Sequence record: DRR723986_643
Direction: 5' to 3' (one strand)
Length of the DNA: 20,000 nucleotides
Shown here piece by piece: positions 8,665 to 17,784 of the stretch (position 1 is its first letter; each line of letters starts with the position of its first letter). The position numbers and the translations under genes were made by a program. Below the pieces are notes generated by a model. It made no database searches. It saw only the letters and a list, made by a program, of their open reading frames with translations, and was not told where the DNA came from.

Positions 8665-10245
8665 CTAGCGGTCGCGCAGAATCGCGCGTGCCGCGTTATG
8701 CCCCGGCAAGCCGCTCACCCCGCCTCCCGGGTGAGCCCCGGAACCACAGAGATACACACCCTCAACCGGCATCCGGTAATTTGCGTGCCCCGGGATCGGC
8801 CGCAGCGAATAGAACTGGTCGAGGTGCAGGGCGCCGTGGAAGATATCGCCGCCCACCATGCCCAGGTCGCGCTCGATATCCAGCGGCGTCTTGATCTGGC
8901 GCCCGACCACCGAGGCCCGGAAGTTGGGTGCGTACTGGTCGATGGTGTCGATCACCAGGTCGGCAACTTCCTCGCGCACAGCGTCCCAGTCCTGCCCCTC
9001 GGGCAGATGGCGCTGGAAATGCTGGCAGAACAGGCTTGCCACATGGCCACCCGGAGGTGCCAGGGAGTCGTCCTGGGTACTGGGGACCTGCATCGAGATT
9101 ACCGGCCGGCGGGACCAGCCCTGCTGCCGCGCATCATAGTAGGCATCCTGGATGTAACCCAGGGAGGGGCTGACCTCGATTGCGCCCAGGAAGTGCTCGT
9201 CGCCACGGCCGGCCATGCTCGAAAAGCGCGGCAGCTCCGACAGGGCGACATTCATTCGGAAGGTGGCAGAGTGACTGCGGTAATGGGCTATCCGGCGCTG
9301 GTCCGGCTCGTCCATCAGGCCCGGATCGAGCAATTTCTGCAGCAGGGTCTGCGGGTGCACATTGGCAGCGATAAAACGCGTGCTGAGTTCGCGGCCATCG
9401 GCGGTGCGAACGCCACAGGCAGTGCCGTCCCGAGTAAGGATTTCGCTGACCGGGGTACCGGTTTCGATACGCGCTCCCTTGCTGCGCGCGAAGGACGCCA
9501 TCGACTCACTGATCGCACCCATGCCGCCCCGCGCAATACCCCAGGCACCCGCGCGACCTTTCACCTCGCCAAAGGCATGGTGCAACAGCACGTAGGCGGT
9601 GCCGGCATGGTAGGGCTCGGCAAAATTCCCAATGACGCCCTCCAGACCCAGCACGCCCTTGAACGCCTCACCCTCAAACCAGCTATCGAGGTAATCACCG
9701 AGCGAACGGGTCATCAGCTCGGCGAGGATGATCTGATGCTGTTTGTCGAGCTTGCGGAACACATTGCCCGCCTTGAGTAAGGTCACAGCGTCACGCCAGC
9801 CACCGCCAAGGTTGGGCGGGGCCTGCACCGCCAGTTCGCGCAAGGCCATAGCGACGGTGGCAATACCGGCATCGAACTCATCTACCCGCTCGGCATCGCG
9901 GCGGGAAAAGCGCGCGATCTCAGCCCGCGCCTGGGCGCCGTCGCGGGTCAGCAGCAAATGATCGTTTTCCAGCAGGCTGAGGGTCCCCGCCGGGCGCTCC
10001 AGGATTTCCAGGCCGTGTCGCTCCAGCTCCAGGTCGCGGATTACCCCGGGGTGCAGCAGGCTGACGGAATAGGAATACACCGAATTACGGAAGCCCGGGT
10101 GAAACTCCTCGGTCACGGCGGCGCCACCCACCACGTCCCGGGCCTCCAGTACCGTGACCCGCAGGCCGGCCTTCGCCAGGTAGCCTGCACAGGCCAGGCC
10201 ATTGTGGCCGGCACCGATGACAATAACGTCTGTATCCGTCGCCAC
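8665..10245 (-). CDS. COG1233 (PYROXD2-like) FAD-dependent oxidoreductase, paralogue 2
   Basis: GTG start after GGGGATAGGA; DVIVIGAGHNGL; GGAAVTEEFHPGFRNS; TAYVLLHH; GGMGAIS; GDIFHG; YLCGSGAHPGGGVSGLPGHNAA. Confidence 0.88.
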   Translation of the reverse strand: MATDTDVIVIGAGHNGLACAGYLAKAGLRVTVLEARDVVGGAAVTEEFHPGFRNSVYSYSVSLLHPGVIRDLELERHGLEILERPAGTLSLLENDHLLLTRDGAQARAEIARFSRRDAERVDEFDAGIATVAMALRELAVQAPPNLGGGWRDAVTLLKAGNVFRKLDKQHQIILAELMTRSLGDYLDSWFEGEAFKGVLGLEGVIGNFAEPYHAGTAYVLLHHAFGEVKGRAGAWGIARGGMGAISESMASFARSKGARIETGTPVSEILTRDGTACGVRTADGRELSTRFIAANVHPQTLLQKLLDPGLMDEPDQRRIAHYRSHSATFRMNVALSELPRFSSMAGRGDEHFLGAIEVSPSLGYIQDAYYDARQQGWSRRPVISMQVPSTQDDSLAPPGGHVASLFCQHFQRHLPEGQDWDAVREEVADLVIDTIDQYAPNFRASVVGRQIKTPLDIERDLGMVGGDIFHGALHLDQFYSLRPIPGHANYRMPVEGVYLCGSGAHPGGGVSGLPGHNAARAILRDR

Positions 10246-10271
10246 TTCCTATCCCCGCCTGTGCTGCATTG

Positions 10272-11492
10272 TTAATTGCCCTGGATTTCCGGCGGCGGCG
10301 TCGCCCGCGCTCTTGCCGGGGCCCAGAAGGGCTGGTCCCTGACCGTGCAAAGCGCCACCTTGCGATAGTAGCGAAGTTCCTTCCGGTAGTAGATCTCGGC
10401 CCAGATAGCACCAGACAGGGCGGCGGTTTCGACCATCGCCAGCGCGATATTGGCTTTCACCGCCGGTGACCACATGGCGGATGTGATGTAGCCGATCTCC
10501 TTGCTGCAGGACTTGCTGCTATAAAGAATCGCGTCATCTGCCGGCTTGTTGCCCTCGATGTCCAGCTTCACCAGGGTAAATCGCGGCCCCCGCTCACGTT
10601 CCTCGAGCAATGCCCTGCGGCCGTTGAAGTGGGGCTTGCTGAAATCCACCAGCCAGCCCAGGTTCAACTCGTAGGGCGTCTGGTCATGCTGGAAGTGGAT
10701 TGTTTTCAGCGCCTCCGAGAATTCCATATCGGGCATGATGAACCCCGCTTCCATGCGCGCCATATTGGTCGCCGCCTCGCCGTAGGGGTGAATGCCGTGG
10801 TGCTCACCCGCTGCATACAGGGCGTCCCACAAGGCCAGTGCCTGCGCGGGCTCAATCCACAGTTCGTAACCCAGATCGCCGGTGAAACCGGTGCGGGACA
10901 CCATCAGCTGCTCTCCATTGAACGGGAAATGCATAACGCCAAAGGGTTTCAGGTTCTCGATACCCTCCAGGCCCATGGCCTTGAGGGTGGCGCAGGAGGT
11001 CGGGCCCTGCAGCGACAGGGCGGCAATCCGGTCGCTCATATCGACCACAGTGAGATCGTCAAAGCCGCAAGCGCTCTTGCGCAGCCAGGCCAGGCAGGGG
11101 CTGCCACAGGTGAGCATGAACCGGTCCTCGCCGAGGCGGAAAATCGTCCCGTCGTCGACCATACGACCCTCATCGGTACACCAGCACACGTAGGTCACCC
11201 GGTCGATCGCCAGTTTGCCCAGGTCGCGGGTGACCATGCGATCAAGCATCGCCAGGGCGTCGGGGCCACTCACATAGTATTTCTGCATGGGGCAGATATC
11301 GTAGGTCCCGCAGGTATTACGAATGCAGAAGTACTCGTAGCCGGCGTCGTAGTAGTAGTCGGCGAACTTGTAGCCGTTCCAGGACGACCAGGCATCACGC
11401 AGGTTCAGCGGCGCCTGTCGCGGGTGAAAATGCGACAGCCGCAAACGCTCACCGGCAAAGGGATCATCCTGCCGTGCGCCATCACTCGTCAT
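10272..11492 (-). CDS. GcvT/DmdA-family folate-dependent aminomethyltransferase
   Basis: ATG at 11492 with GGAGGA (11506-11501) 8 nt upstream, overlapping the previous stop. Motifs GRMVDDGTIFRL, LSLQGPTS, SRTGFTGDLGYEL, ARMEAG, IGYITSAMWSP..NIALA. No gcvH/gcvP in the window, so probably not the glycine-cleavage T protein. Confidence 0.88.
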   Translation of the reverse strand: MTSDGARQDDPFAGERLRLSHFHPRQAPLNLRDAWSSWNGYKFADYYYDAGYEYFCIRNTCGTYDICPMQKYYVSGPDALAMLDRMVTRDLGKLAIDRVTYVCWCTDEGRMVDDGTIFRLGEDRFMLTCGSPCLAWLRKSACGFDDLTVVDMSDRIAALSLQGPTSCATLKAMGLEGIENLKPFGVMHFPFNGEQLMVSRTGFTGDLGYELWIEPAQALALWDALYAAGEHHGIHPYGEAATNMARMEAGFIMPDMEFSEALKTIHFQHDQTPYELNLGWLVDFSKPHFNGRRALLEERERGPRFTLVKLDIEGNKPADDAILYSSKSCSKEIGYITSAMWSPAVKANIALAMVETAALSGAIWAEIYYRKELRYYRKVALCTVRDQPFWAPARARATPPPEIQGN

Positions 11493-13101
11493 AGCAATCA
11501 TCCTCCGGCACGGTGTTGGGCCGCTTCAGGTCGAGCAGGATTTCCCGGGCCGCATTCGCACCGCAGGCAGAGGAAACGCCACCGCCGGGGTGGGTCGACG
11601 AACCGCACATATACAGGTTCTTGACCGGCATACGGTACTGCCCGTAACCCGGGAAGGGGCGGTTGAACAGCAACTGGTCGATGGTCAGTTCGCCCTGGAA
11701 GATGTTGCCTTCGGTGAGCCCGATCTCGTTTTCAATCTCGTGCGGCGTGCGCACCTCCATGTGGACGATAAGGTCCTTGAAGCCAGGGCTGTGACGCTCG
11801 ATCTTGTCGATCACTGTCTGCCCGAACTGGTCCCGCTTCTCCGGCGTCCACGGACCATCCGCCAGCTCCGGCGGACAGTACTGGATAAAGTTGGACATCC
11901 AGTGCTTGCCGACCGGCGCCACCGTGGGATCCCAGGCCGAGGGAATGATCGACTCGATGAACGGATCCTCCGACCAGCGCCCGCGTTTCCAGCAGTCGTA
12001 GGCACGCTCCATGGTCTCCAGGGAGCCGACGAAGGTCTGTCCGCCACGGTTGATATAGCGGTTGTCCGGCAGACTGCTGAATGTCGGCAGGCCCGAGAGC
12101 GCAATATTGACCTTGCCGGAAGAGCCGCGGATCTTGAAATTGCTGGCCCGCTCATAAATGCCGGGGGGCACATCCGCCTTGTCCATGACCCGGGTGAAGG
12201 TGCGCCGCGCGTCGAGGTTGGATACCACGATCCGGGCCTGGATCTCATCGCCGTTCTCCAACGCCACCCCGACCGCCTGGCCGTTCCTCACCAGAATCTG
12301 CCGCACTCCCGACCCGGTACGTAGCTCGCCGCCCGCGGCCTGCAGAGCGCCGGCGAGCGCCTTGGAGATCGCGCCCATGCCACCCCGGGCCAGACCCCAG
12401 GCGCCGACATTGCCGTCGACATCGCCCATCACGTGGTGCAACAGGATGTAGGCGGAGCCGGGCGAGTACACCCCCAGGGCGGTGCCGATAATGCCCGGAC
12501 TGGCCATGGCCGCCTTGATCAGGTCGTTCTCGAAATAATCATCGAGGAAGTCGGCGGCGCTCATGGTGAAAAAGCGCACGTACTCGTAGAGTTCGCGTTC
12601 GCCCAGGGACCAGAACTCACGGGCGAGAAACAGCAGTTCACGAATATCCCGCGGCCTGAAAGAGCTGGGGTCCGGCGGGGTACGCAACAGGGTCTTGCGA
12701 ATCAGCTGCGCGTAACGACCGAGGTCGGCCTGAAAGCGGGCCATGGCATCCGCGTCATGCGGCGAGTGGCGCTTCAGTTCGAGGTAGCTGGCGGCCTCGG
12801 TCGGATAGTCGATCAGGGTCTTGCCATCGTGGCCGAAGGCCACTGTTCCAAGATAGGGGACCAGCAACAGACCATGCCTGGCCAGGTCGAGATCGCGGTG
12901 AATGGCCTGGCGCATCATGCTGCACACGTAGGAGCAGCTGGAATAAAACCAGCCTTCCTGCAGCTCGCGGGTCACCGCCGCACCACCGATATAGTCGTTC
13001 TTCTCCACCACCAGGACGTCGAGACCCGCCCTGGCCAGGTAGGCAGCATTGGTCAGGCCATTGTGGCCTGCACCGACGACAATGGCGTCATAGCGCTTCA
13101 C
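11482..13101 (-). CDS. COG1233 FAD-dependent oxidoreductase, paralogue 3
   Basis: Likely GTG start at 13101 (VKRYDAIVVGAGHNGL) in a GTGA 4-nt overlap with the upstream stop; SAYILLHH; GGMGAIS; GNIFQGE; YMCGSSTHPGGGVS. Confidence 0.88.
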   Translation of the reverse strand: MKRYDAIVVGAGHNGLTNAAYLARAGLDVLVVEKNDYIGGAAVTRELQEGWFYSSCSYVCSMMRQAIHRDLDLARHGLLLVPYLGTVAFGHDGKTLIDYPTEAASYLELKRHSPHDADAMARFQADLGRYAQLIRKTLLRTPPDPSSFRPRDIRELLFLAREFWSLGERELYEYVRFFTMSAADFLDDYFENDLIKAAMASPGIIGTALGVYSPGSAYILLHHVMGDVDGNVGAWGLARGGMGAISKALAGALQAAGGELRTGSGVRQILVRNGQAVGVALENGDEIQARIVVSNLDARRTFTRVMDKADVPPGIYERASNFKIRGSSGKVNIALSGLPTFSSLPDNRYINRGGQTFVGSLETMERAYDCWKRGRWSEDPFIESIIPSAWDPTVAPVGKHWMSNFIQYCPPELADGPWTPEKRDQFGQTVIDKIERHSPGFKDLIVHMEVRTPHEIENEIGLTEGNIFQGELTIDQLLFNRPFPGYGQYRMPVKNLYMCGSSTHPGGGVSSACGANAAREILLDLKRPNTVPEDDCYDE

Positions 13102-14639
13102 TTGAGGATCTCCCGCGCGGCATTGTGCCCGGGGCCTCCCATCAGGCCACCACCGGGGTGGCAACCCGCGCCACAAAGATACAGACCAGGAATCGGCGTG
13201 CTGTACTGCGCCGCTTCGTAGGTGGGGCGCATCATCAGCAGCTGGTCGACGGCAAACTCCGTGTGATGCCAGTGACCACCGGTCACATGGTGCGTCGCCT
13301 CCAGGTCAGCGGGCGTCAGCAGCTCGGCCTGCAGCACCAGGTCGCCCAGGCCAGGCGAATACTCTTCCAGGGTGGCCATGACCCGCTCGGTCAGCCGGGC
13401 GCGGGCCTCCTCGGTCCAGCCGCCCTTCAACCGGGCCGGTACATACATGATGTGGGCAGACAGCACATGCTGTCCCGGTGGCGCCAGTGACGGGTCGTGC
13501 AGGCTGGGAATCAGCAGCTCCAGCACCGGGTTCTCGGAGCACTGCCCGTACTTGGCGTCGTCAAAGGCAAACTCTATGGCATCGGGCTCGGGTGCAATGA
13601 TCATCCGGCCGTCGGCTCGCTCCAGTCCGGGAAAGCGGGGCAGGTCCCGCAGGGCCAGGTGCAGCTTGGCCACATAACCTTCGCAGCGCAGGCGCTGGAT
13701 GCGGTTGGTAAATTCGATTTCCAGGTGACGCGCGCCTACCAGTTGCAGGAAGGTCCGCTGCGGGTCGGCGGAAGACACCACCCGCTGCGCCTGAATCCGC
13801 TCGCCGTCAGCCAGCTCAACCCCGGTCGCCCGCAAACCCTGCTCGTCGCCAGCAACAAGGATTCGCGACACGGGGGTAGAAAAACGCAGCTCCGCACCGG
13901 CCGCGGTCGCCGCGGCCTGCAGGGCACCGACCAGGCCCTCGATGCCGCCGGCGGGCACGCTGTGCAGGCCGCGATGTTCTCCCAGCATCCGGTACAACAG
14001 CGCGAACACCGGGCTGTTGGGCGAGCGCGGCGCCAGCTTCGACCCGATGAGCCCGTCCCAGCTGAGCGCAGCCTGCAGACGCTTGTTATCGAAGTTTTCA
14101 TCCATGAGGTCGCGCATCGGCAAGGTGGCTACCCGCAGGAATTCAAGCATGTCCGCCTTGCCCAGCATCCGCAGCCTCAGACCCAGCTTGCCGAAAGTAA
14201 GCAGTTCGCCGGCGCTGTTATTGCCAATGCGCGGCATGGTCCTGGTCCAGAAGGGCTGCAGGGCGCGAGCAAACTTTTTCAGCGACTCGCGATAGCGCGG
14301 GTATGTAGCTGCGTCCTCATCGCCAACCCCGGTAACCCGGGAGTCCTCAATCACGATGTGCTCACCGGCGGGGTCGAGGGCCACAGTGGCCAGCGCCGGC
14401 CCTGGCTGGTAACCGTGGGCGGCCAGCTTCAATTCAGCTGCGACCTGCGGTGAGAACTGGTTGACGCTGTGGGCGACCGACGCCCGAAAGCCGGGATGGA
14501 ATTCCCGGGTCGACGCCAGGCCACCGGCCATGGCTGCGGCCTCCAGCACCAGCACCCGCTGTCCCTGTCCGGCAAGGTAGGCGGCACAGATGAGCCCGTT
14601 GTGGCCGGCGCCGATAACAATCGTGTCGTAGCTGTTCAT
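13098..14639 (-). CDS. COG1233 FAD-dependent oxidoreductase, paralogue 4 (divergent)
   Basis: ATG at 14639 (MNSYDTIVIGAGHNGL); GGLASTREFHPGF; GGHWHHTE; GLYLCGAGCHPGGGLMGGPGHNAA. The start is inferred from alignment to the other paralogues; the SD is weak. Confidence 0.85.
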   Translation of the reverse strand: MNSYDTIVIGAGHNGLICAAYLAGQGQRVLVLEAAAMAGGLASTREFHPGFRASVAHSVNQFSPQVAAELKLAAHGYQPGPALATVALDPAGEHIVIEDSRVTGVGDEDAATYPRYRESLKKFARALQPFWTRTMPRIGNNSAGELLTFGKLGLRLRMLGKADMLEFLRVATLPMRDLMDENFDNKRLQAALSWDGLIGSKLAPRSPNSPVFALLYRMLGEHRGLHSVPAGGIEGLVGALQAAATAAGAELRFSTPVSRILVAGDEQGLRATGVELADGERIQAQRVVSSADPQRTFLQLVGARHLEIEFTNRIQRLRCEGYVAKLHLALRDLPRFPGLERADGRMIIAPEPDAIEFAFDDAKYGQCSENPVLELLIPSLHDPSLAPPGQHVLSAHIMYVPARLKGGWTEEARARLTERVMATLEEYSPGLGDLVLQAELLTPADLEATHHVTGGHWHHTEFAVDQLLMMRPTYEAAQYSTPIPGLYLCGAGCHPGGGLMGGPGHNAAREILK

Positions 14640-14732
14640 TGAGGGGCGCACCGGCCTGACCTTGATACCGCACAGGCTAACGGCGCCCGCCTCCGGGAAC
14701 AAGCGCCGCCGAGGGACGGACTATTTTCCCGC

Positions 14733-16775
14733 TCAGGCAACGGCCGCCACGTCGACTGTACAGTCGTAGTAACAGGCGCCACCGGCGAGATCGGCCTTGT
14801 GTCCGGGGATCAGTGCGTTGATGGTCTGCCCGGTCGGGCTCTCGGCGATCCACGCTCCCTTGGGAACGAACAGGGTGCCGGTCCTGACCCGGTCAGATAT
14901 CTGCAGTGGCAGATGCACTTCTCCCAGATCGTTGAACAAGCTCACCTGCACGCCCTGCTCCAGCCCGAGGGAGTCGGCGTCCGCAGGATGCATTTCACAG
15001 ACCAGGTCCTTGTCGTGTCGCGCTACGCCACCCAGGGTCGAGTTGATGCGCCGCTCGGAGGCGGGGCTGACCACGACAAAACGGCGTGCGGACCGGAGCT
15101 CGCGAAACCCCGGCAGACCCTGGCCGCACTCGGCCTCAAGCGCCGCGCTGTACAGCTCGATCCTGCCGCTGGGCGTGGCCGGCGGCAGGCCGCGAAGCAG
15201 CCCAGGCGGCGAAACTGCCGACATATCCAGTGCGCTGTCCGTCGGCAGCTCACTGGGACGCAGGCCACCGAGAGCCGGTGCATCCGGCTCAATGGCCTGG
15301 TCCATCAGCGCTGCATCGGAGTCACGAAAGCAGGCTTCCTCAAAACCAAACCGAGCCGCCAGCCTGCGGAACAGTTCGGTATTGGGCAAGGCCTCACCTA
15401 CCGGCGCCAGCACGGGGGCGGATCGCTGCAGGTAATGATGGCCGTAGGCTTTGTACAGATCACCGTATTCCAGGTGACTTGCCGCCGGCAGGATGACGTC
15501 GGCACAGGCCATGGAATCCGTCATGCTGAGATCCGATCCGACCACGAACAGCGACTCATCCAACAGCGCGGCGCGCATCCCGCGCTGGCGTGGGTGTACC
15601 GCAACCGGGTTGTGGTTATAGATGAAGACGGCTTTCACCGGGATCGCGTCACCCGGGTCCCCGATATGGTCCGGCAGATCGAGGACATTGAACTCGCGCA
15701 GTCCCGGCGGAGCCAGGTCAGGGCGACTGAGGGCTTCCGAGGCCACCGGGAAATACCCGGAGACATCGCAGACCCCGGCGCCGGGCTCGCCAAAATTCCC
15801 GGTGAGCGCCGGCAGCGCGAACAAGGCGCGCAGGCCAGAGCCACCATTGCGATTGCGTTCCGGTGCGACACCCACGGAAATCGCCGCGGGGCTGAGTTCC
15901 CGCCAGTAGCGCGCGAACTGGTAGATATCCTCCACCGCCAGCCCACAGAGTGCGGCCGCTCGCTCCGGCGGGTACTGCGCTGCCCGGTCGAGGAATTCGC
16001 GCGCGCCCAGCACATGCTCTGCGATGAAGCTGTCGTCCAACCCGCCCTCCTGCTCCAGCAGGGCCGCCACCGAATACGCCAGCACCACGTCGGTGCCCGG
16101 CATGACCGGCAGGTGCAGGTCAGCAGTTTCGGCAATGCGGGTGCGCTTGGGGTCGACCACCACCAGGCGGGCACCCCGCTTGCGGGCATCGCGCAGCAGG
16201 GTAGTCAGGTGCAGGTTGCAGGCGGTGATATTGTTACCCCAGACCACAATCAATCGCGAATGCGCGAGCTCGGCATAAGAGATGCCACCAACCTCACCGA
16301 ACACGCTGTCCCAGGCCGCGCTCGATGCCCCGGTGCACAGGGGCGTGGAGTCCACCTTGCTGGCACCGAGACGGTTGAAGAAGCGCTGGTCCATGGACCC
16401 GCCCGCCAGCAGCCCCATCGGACCGCCATAGGTCAGAGGCGCGATCGCCTCGCTGCCATATTCCCCAATGATCTGCTGAAAGCGCTCGTACACAGTATCC
16501 AGGGCCTGCTCCCAGGATACCGGGCGAAAAGCCATCGCGCCCTTGGGCCCGTCGCGCAGCAACGGGGTCAGCAGTCGCTGGGGGCCGTGGACCAGTTCCG
16601 GCAGGCCCTCGGCCACCTTGGCGCAGATCTTGCCGCGGGTGAAGGGGTTCGCATGACTGCCGCGGACGCGGTCTACCTTGCCATCGACGACATCGATCGA
16701 CAGGCTGCAGGTGTCCGCACAATCGAGGGGACACACGCTGGGCAGGCTGGTGGCGACGGGCTCGGCGGATGACAT
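14733..16775 (-). CDS. Molybdopterin (bis-MGD) oxidoreductase, DMSO-reductase superfamily, cytoplasmic, substrate unknown
   Basis: N-terminal 4Fe-4S motif CPLDCADTC..NPFTRGKICAK; RLLTPL; SWEQALD; IVVWGNN; VVVDPKRT; PGTD; ADVILPAA; C-terminal MHPADA...FNDLG molybdopterin-dinucleotide domain. No Tat signal. SD AGGGAG 8 nt upstream. Confidence 0.9.
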   Translation of the reverse strand: MSSAEPVATSLPSVCPLDCADTCSLSIDVVDGKVDRVRGSHANPFTRGKICAKVAEGLPELVHGPQRLLTPLLRDGPKGAMAFRPVSWEQALDTVYERFQQIIGEYGSEAIAPLTYGGPMGLLAGGSMDQRFFNRLGASKVDSTPLCTGASSAAWDSVFGEVGGISYAELAHSRLIVVWGNNITACNLHLTTLLRDARKRGARLVVVDPKRTRIAETADLHLPVMPGTDVVLAYSVAALLEQEGGLDDSFIAEHVLGAREFLDRAAQYPPERAAALCGLAVEDIYQFARYWRELSPAAISVGVAPERNRNGGSGLRALFALPALTGNFGEPGAGVCDVSGYFPVASEALSRPDLAPPGLREFNVLDLPDHIGDPGDAIPVKAVFIYNHNPVAVHPRQRGMRAALLDESLFVVGSDLSMTDSMACADVILPAASHLEYGDLYKAYGHHYLQRSAPVLAPVGEALPNTELFRRLAARFGFEEACFRDSDAALMDQAIEPDAPALGGLRPSELPTDSALDMSAVSPPGLLRGLPPATPSGRIELYSAALEAECGQGLPGFRELRSARRFVVVSPASERRINSTLGGVARHDKDLVCEMHPADADSLGLEQGVQVSLFNDLGEVHLPLQISDRVRTGTLFVPKGAWIAESPTGQTINALIPGHKADLAGGACYYDCTVDVAAVA

Positions 16776-16824
16776 GGCACGGACTCCCTGTTGTCGAGCT
16801 TACTACTATAGCCCAGGACGGGGT

Positions 16825-17748
16825 TCAGCCGCTGGCGCGCATGTGCAGAAACTGCAGCGCCAACGACGCCCCGGCAAGCGCGGTGATATCCGCATGATCG
16901 TAAGCGGGGGACACCTCAACCACATCGAAGCCAACAATATTGAGGTGCGACAAGCCCTCGAGGATGCGCAGGGCCCGCGAGGTGGACAAACCGCCTACCA
17001 CCGGCGTGCCGGTGCCGGGCGCAAAGGCCGGATCCAGGCAATCGATATCAAAGGTCAGGTAAGCCGGGCGTTCGCCGACCCGGCTGCAAATGGCCTCCAC
17101 TATCGCTGCCACCGAGGATTCATTGGCCTGATGGGCGTCGATAACCTGGAAGGCGTGGTTGGCACGGTCGTAGTCCGTGCGAATGCCAATCTGGATCGAG
17201 TGCGCCGGATCGATAAGCCCCTCCCTCGGCGCCCGGTGGAACATGCAGCCGTGGCTGTACTTTTCTTCCTCATCGTAGGTGTCGGTGTGCGCATCGAAGT
17301 GAATCAGCGCCAGCTCGCCATGAGTCTGTGCAGTGCCGCGCAGCAGCGGCAGGGTAACGAAGTGATCGCCCCCCAGCGCCACCAGGGTCTTGCCCGCCCC
17401 GGTGATCCGGGCTGCGTGGGCCTCAACCCGGGCGAGCATGTCCTCTGAATCGCCAAACAGGAACTGCACATCGCCATAGTCCGCCACCCGCAGCCTGTCG
17501 GCGAGGGCGAAATCCCAGGGCCAGCGCTTGTCTTCCCAACGCAGGTTAGCGCTGGCCTGGCGTATACCGGTGGGACCGCTGCGGGTGCCCGCGCGCCCGC
17601 TGGTGCCCAGGTCATAGGGTACGCCCATCACGAAGGCGTCCAGCTCCGGATCATCGACATCGCGACTCAGGGGCAGGCCCATAAAACCAAAGACGTTGGC
17701 ATACATCGAGTATTCGCTGCCCGGAAAATCGCTCTCGGAATCCCTCAC
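16825..17748 (-). CDS. speB: Agmatinase (ureohydrolase family)
   Basis: GVPYDLGTSGRAGTRSGPTGIRQAS; GGDHFVT; HFDAHTD; TFDIDCLDPAFAPGTGTP; DVVEVSPAYD..ITAL. These give the full Mn-binding set and closely resemble E. coli SpeB. Confidence 0.88.
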   Translation of the reverse strand: MRDSESDFPGSEYSMYANVFGFMGLPLSRDVDDPELDAFVMGVPYDLGTSGRAGTRSGPTGIRQASANLRWEDKRWPWDFALADRLRVADYGDVQFLFGDSEDMLARVEAHAARITGAGKTLVALGGDHFVTLPLLRGTAQTHGELALIHFDAHTDTYDEEEKYSHGCMFHRAPREGLIDPAHSIQIGIRTDYDRANHAFQVIDAHQANESSVAAIVEAICSRVGERPAYLTFDIDCLDPAFAPGTGTPVVGGLSTSRALRILEGLSHLNIVGFDVVEVSPAYDHADITALAGASLALQFLHMRASG

Positions 17749-17784
17749 CTCTTACTCCCTGCTTATCAGTCACACCCTGCCCGG

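Noticed and set aside
8629-8667. Amber (pyrrolysine) readthrough fusing the oxidoreductase to the symporter
   Set aside because: The two are in frame, but the oxidoreductase ends where its paralogues end, a strong SD precedes the symporter, and no pyl genes are visible. In-frame phase has a 1-in-3 chance.
8170-9780. 536-aa + strand ORF, and similar antisense ORFs at 17962-19113, 10629-11624, 13497-14453 and 5184-6230
   Set aside because: All lie antisense to well-supported genes and show no domain signal.
10272-11492. Glycine cleavage gcvT or DMSP demethylase dmdA
   Set aside because: No gcvH/gcvP or dmdBCD in the window; only family-level similarity can be supported.
5295-14639. Carotenoid biosynthesis cluster
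   Set aside because: No crtE/crtB/crtY genes are present; the motifs fit the PYROXD2-like branch and the context is amine catabolism.
14799-16772. 657-aa + strand ORF antisense to the molybdoenzyme
   Set aside because: It mirrors the real gene codon for codon and has no recognisable motifs, as expected for a shadow ORF in GC-rich DNA.
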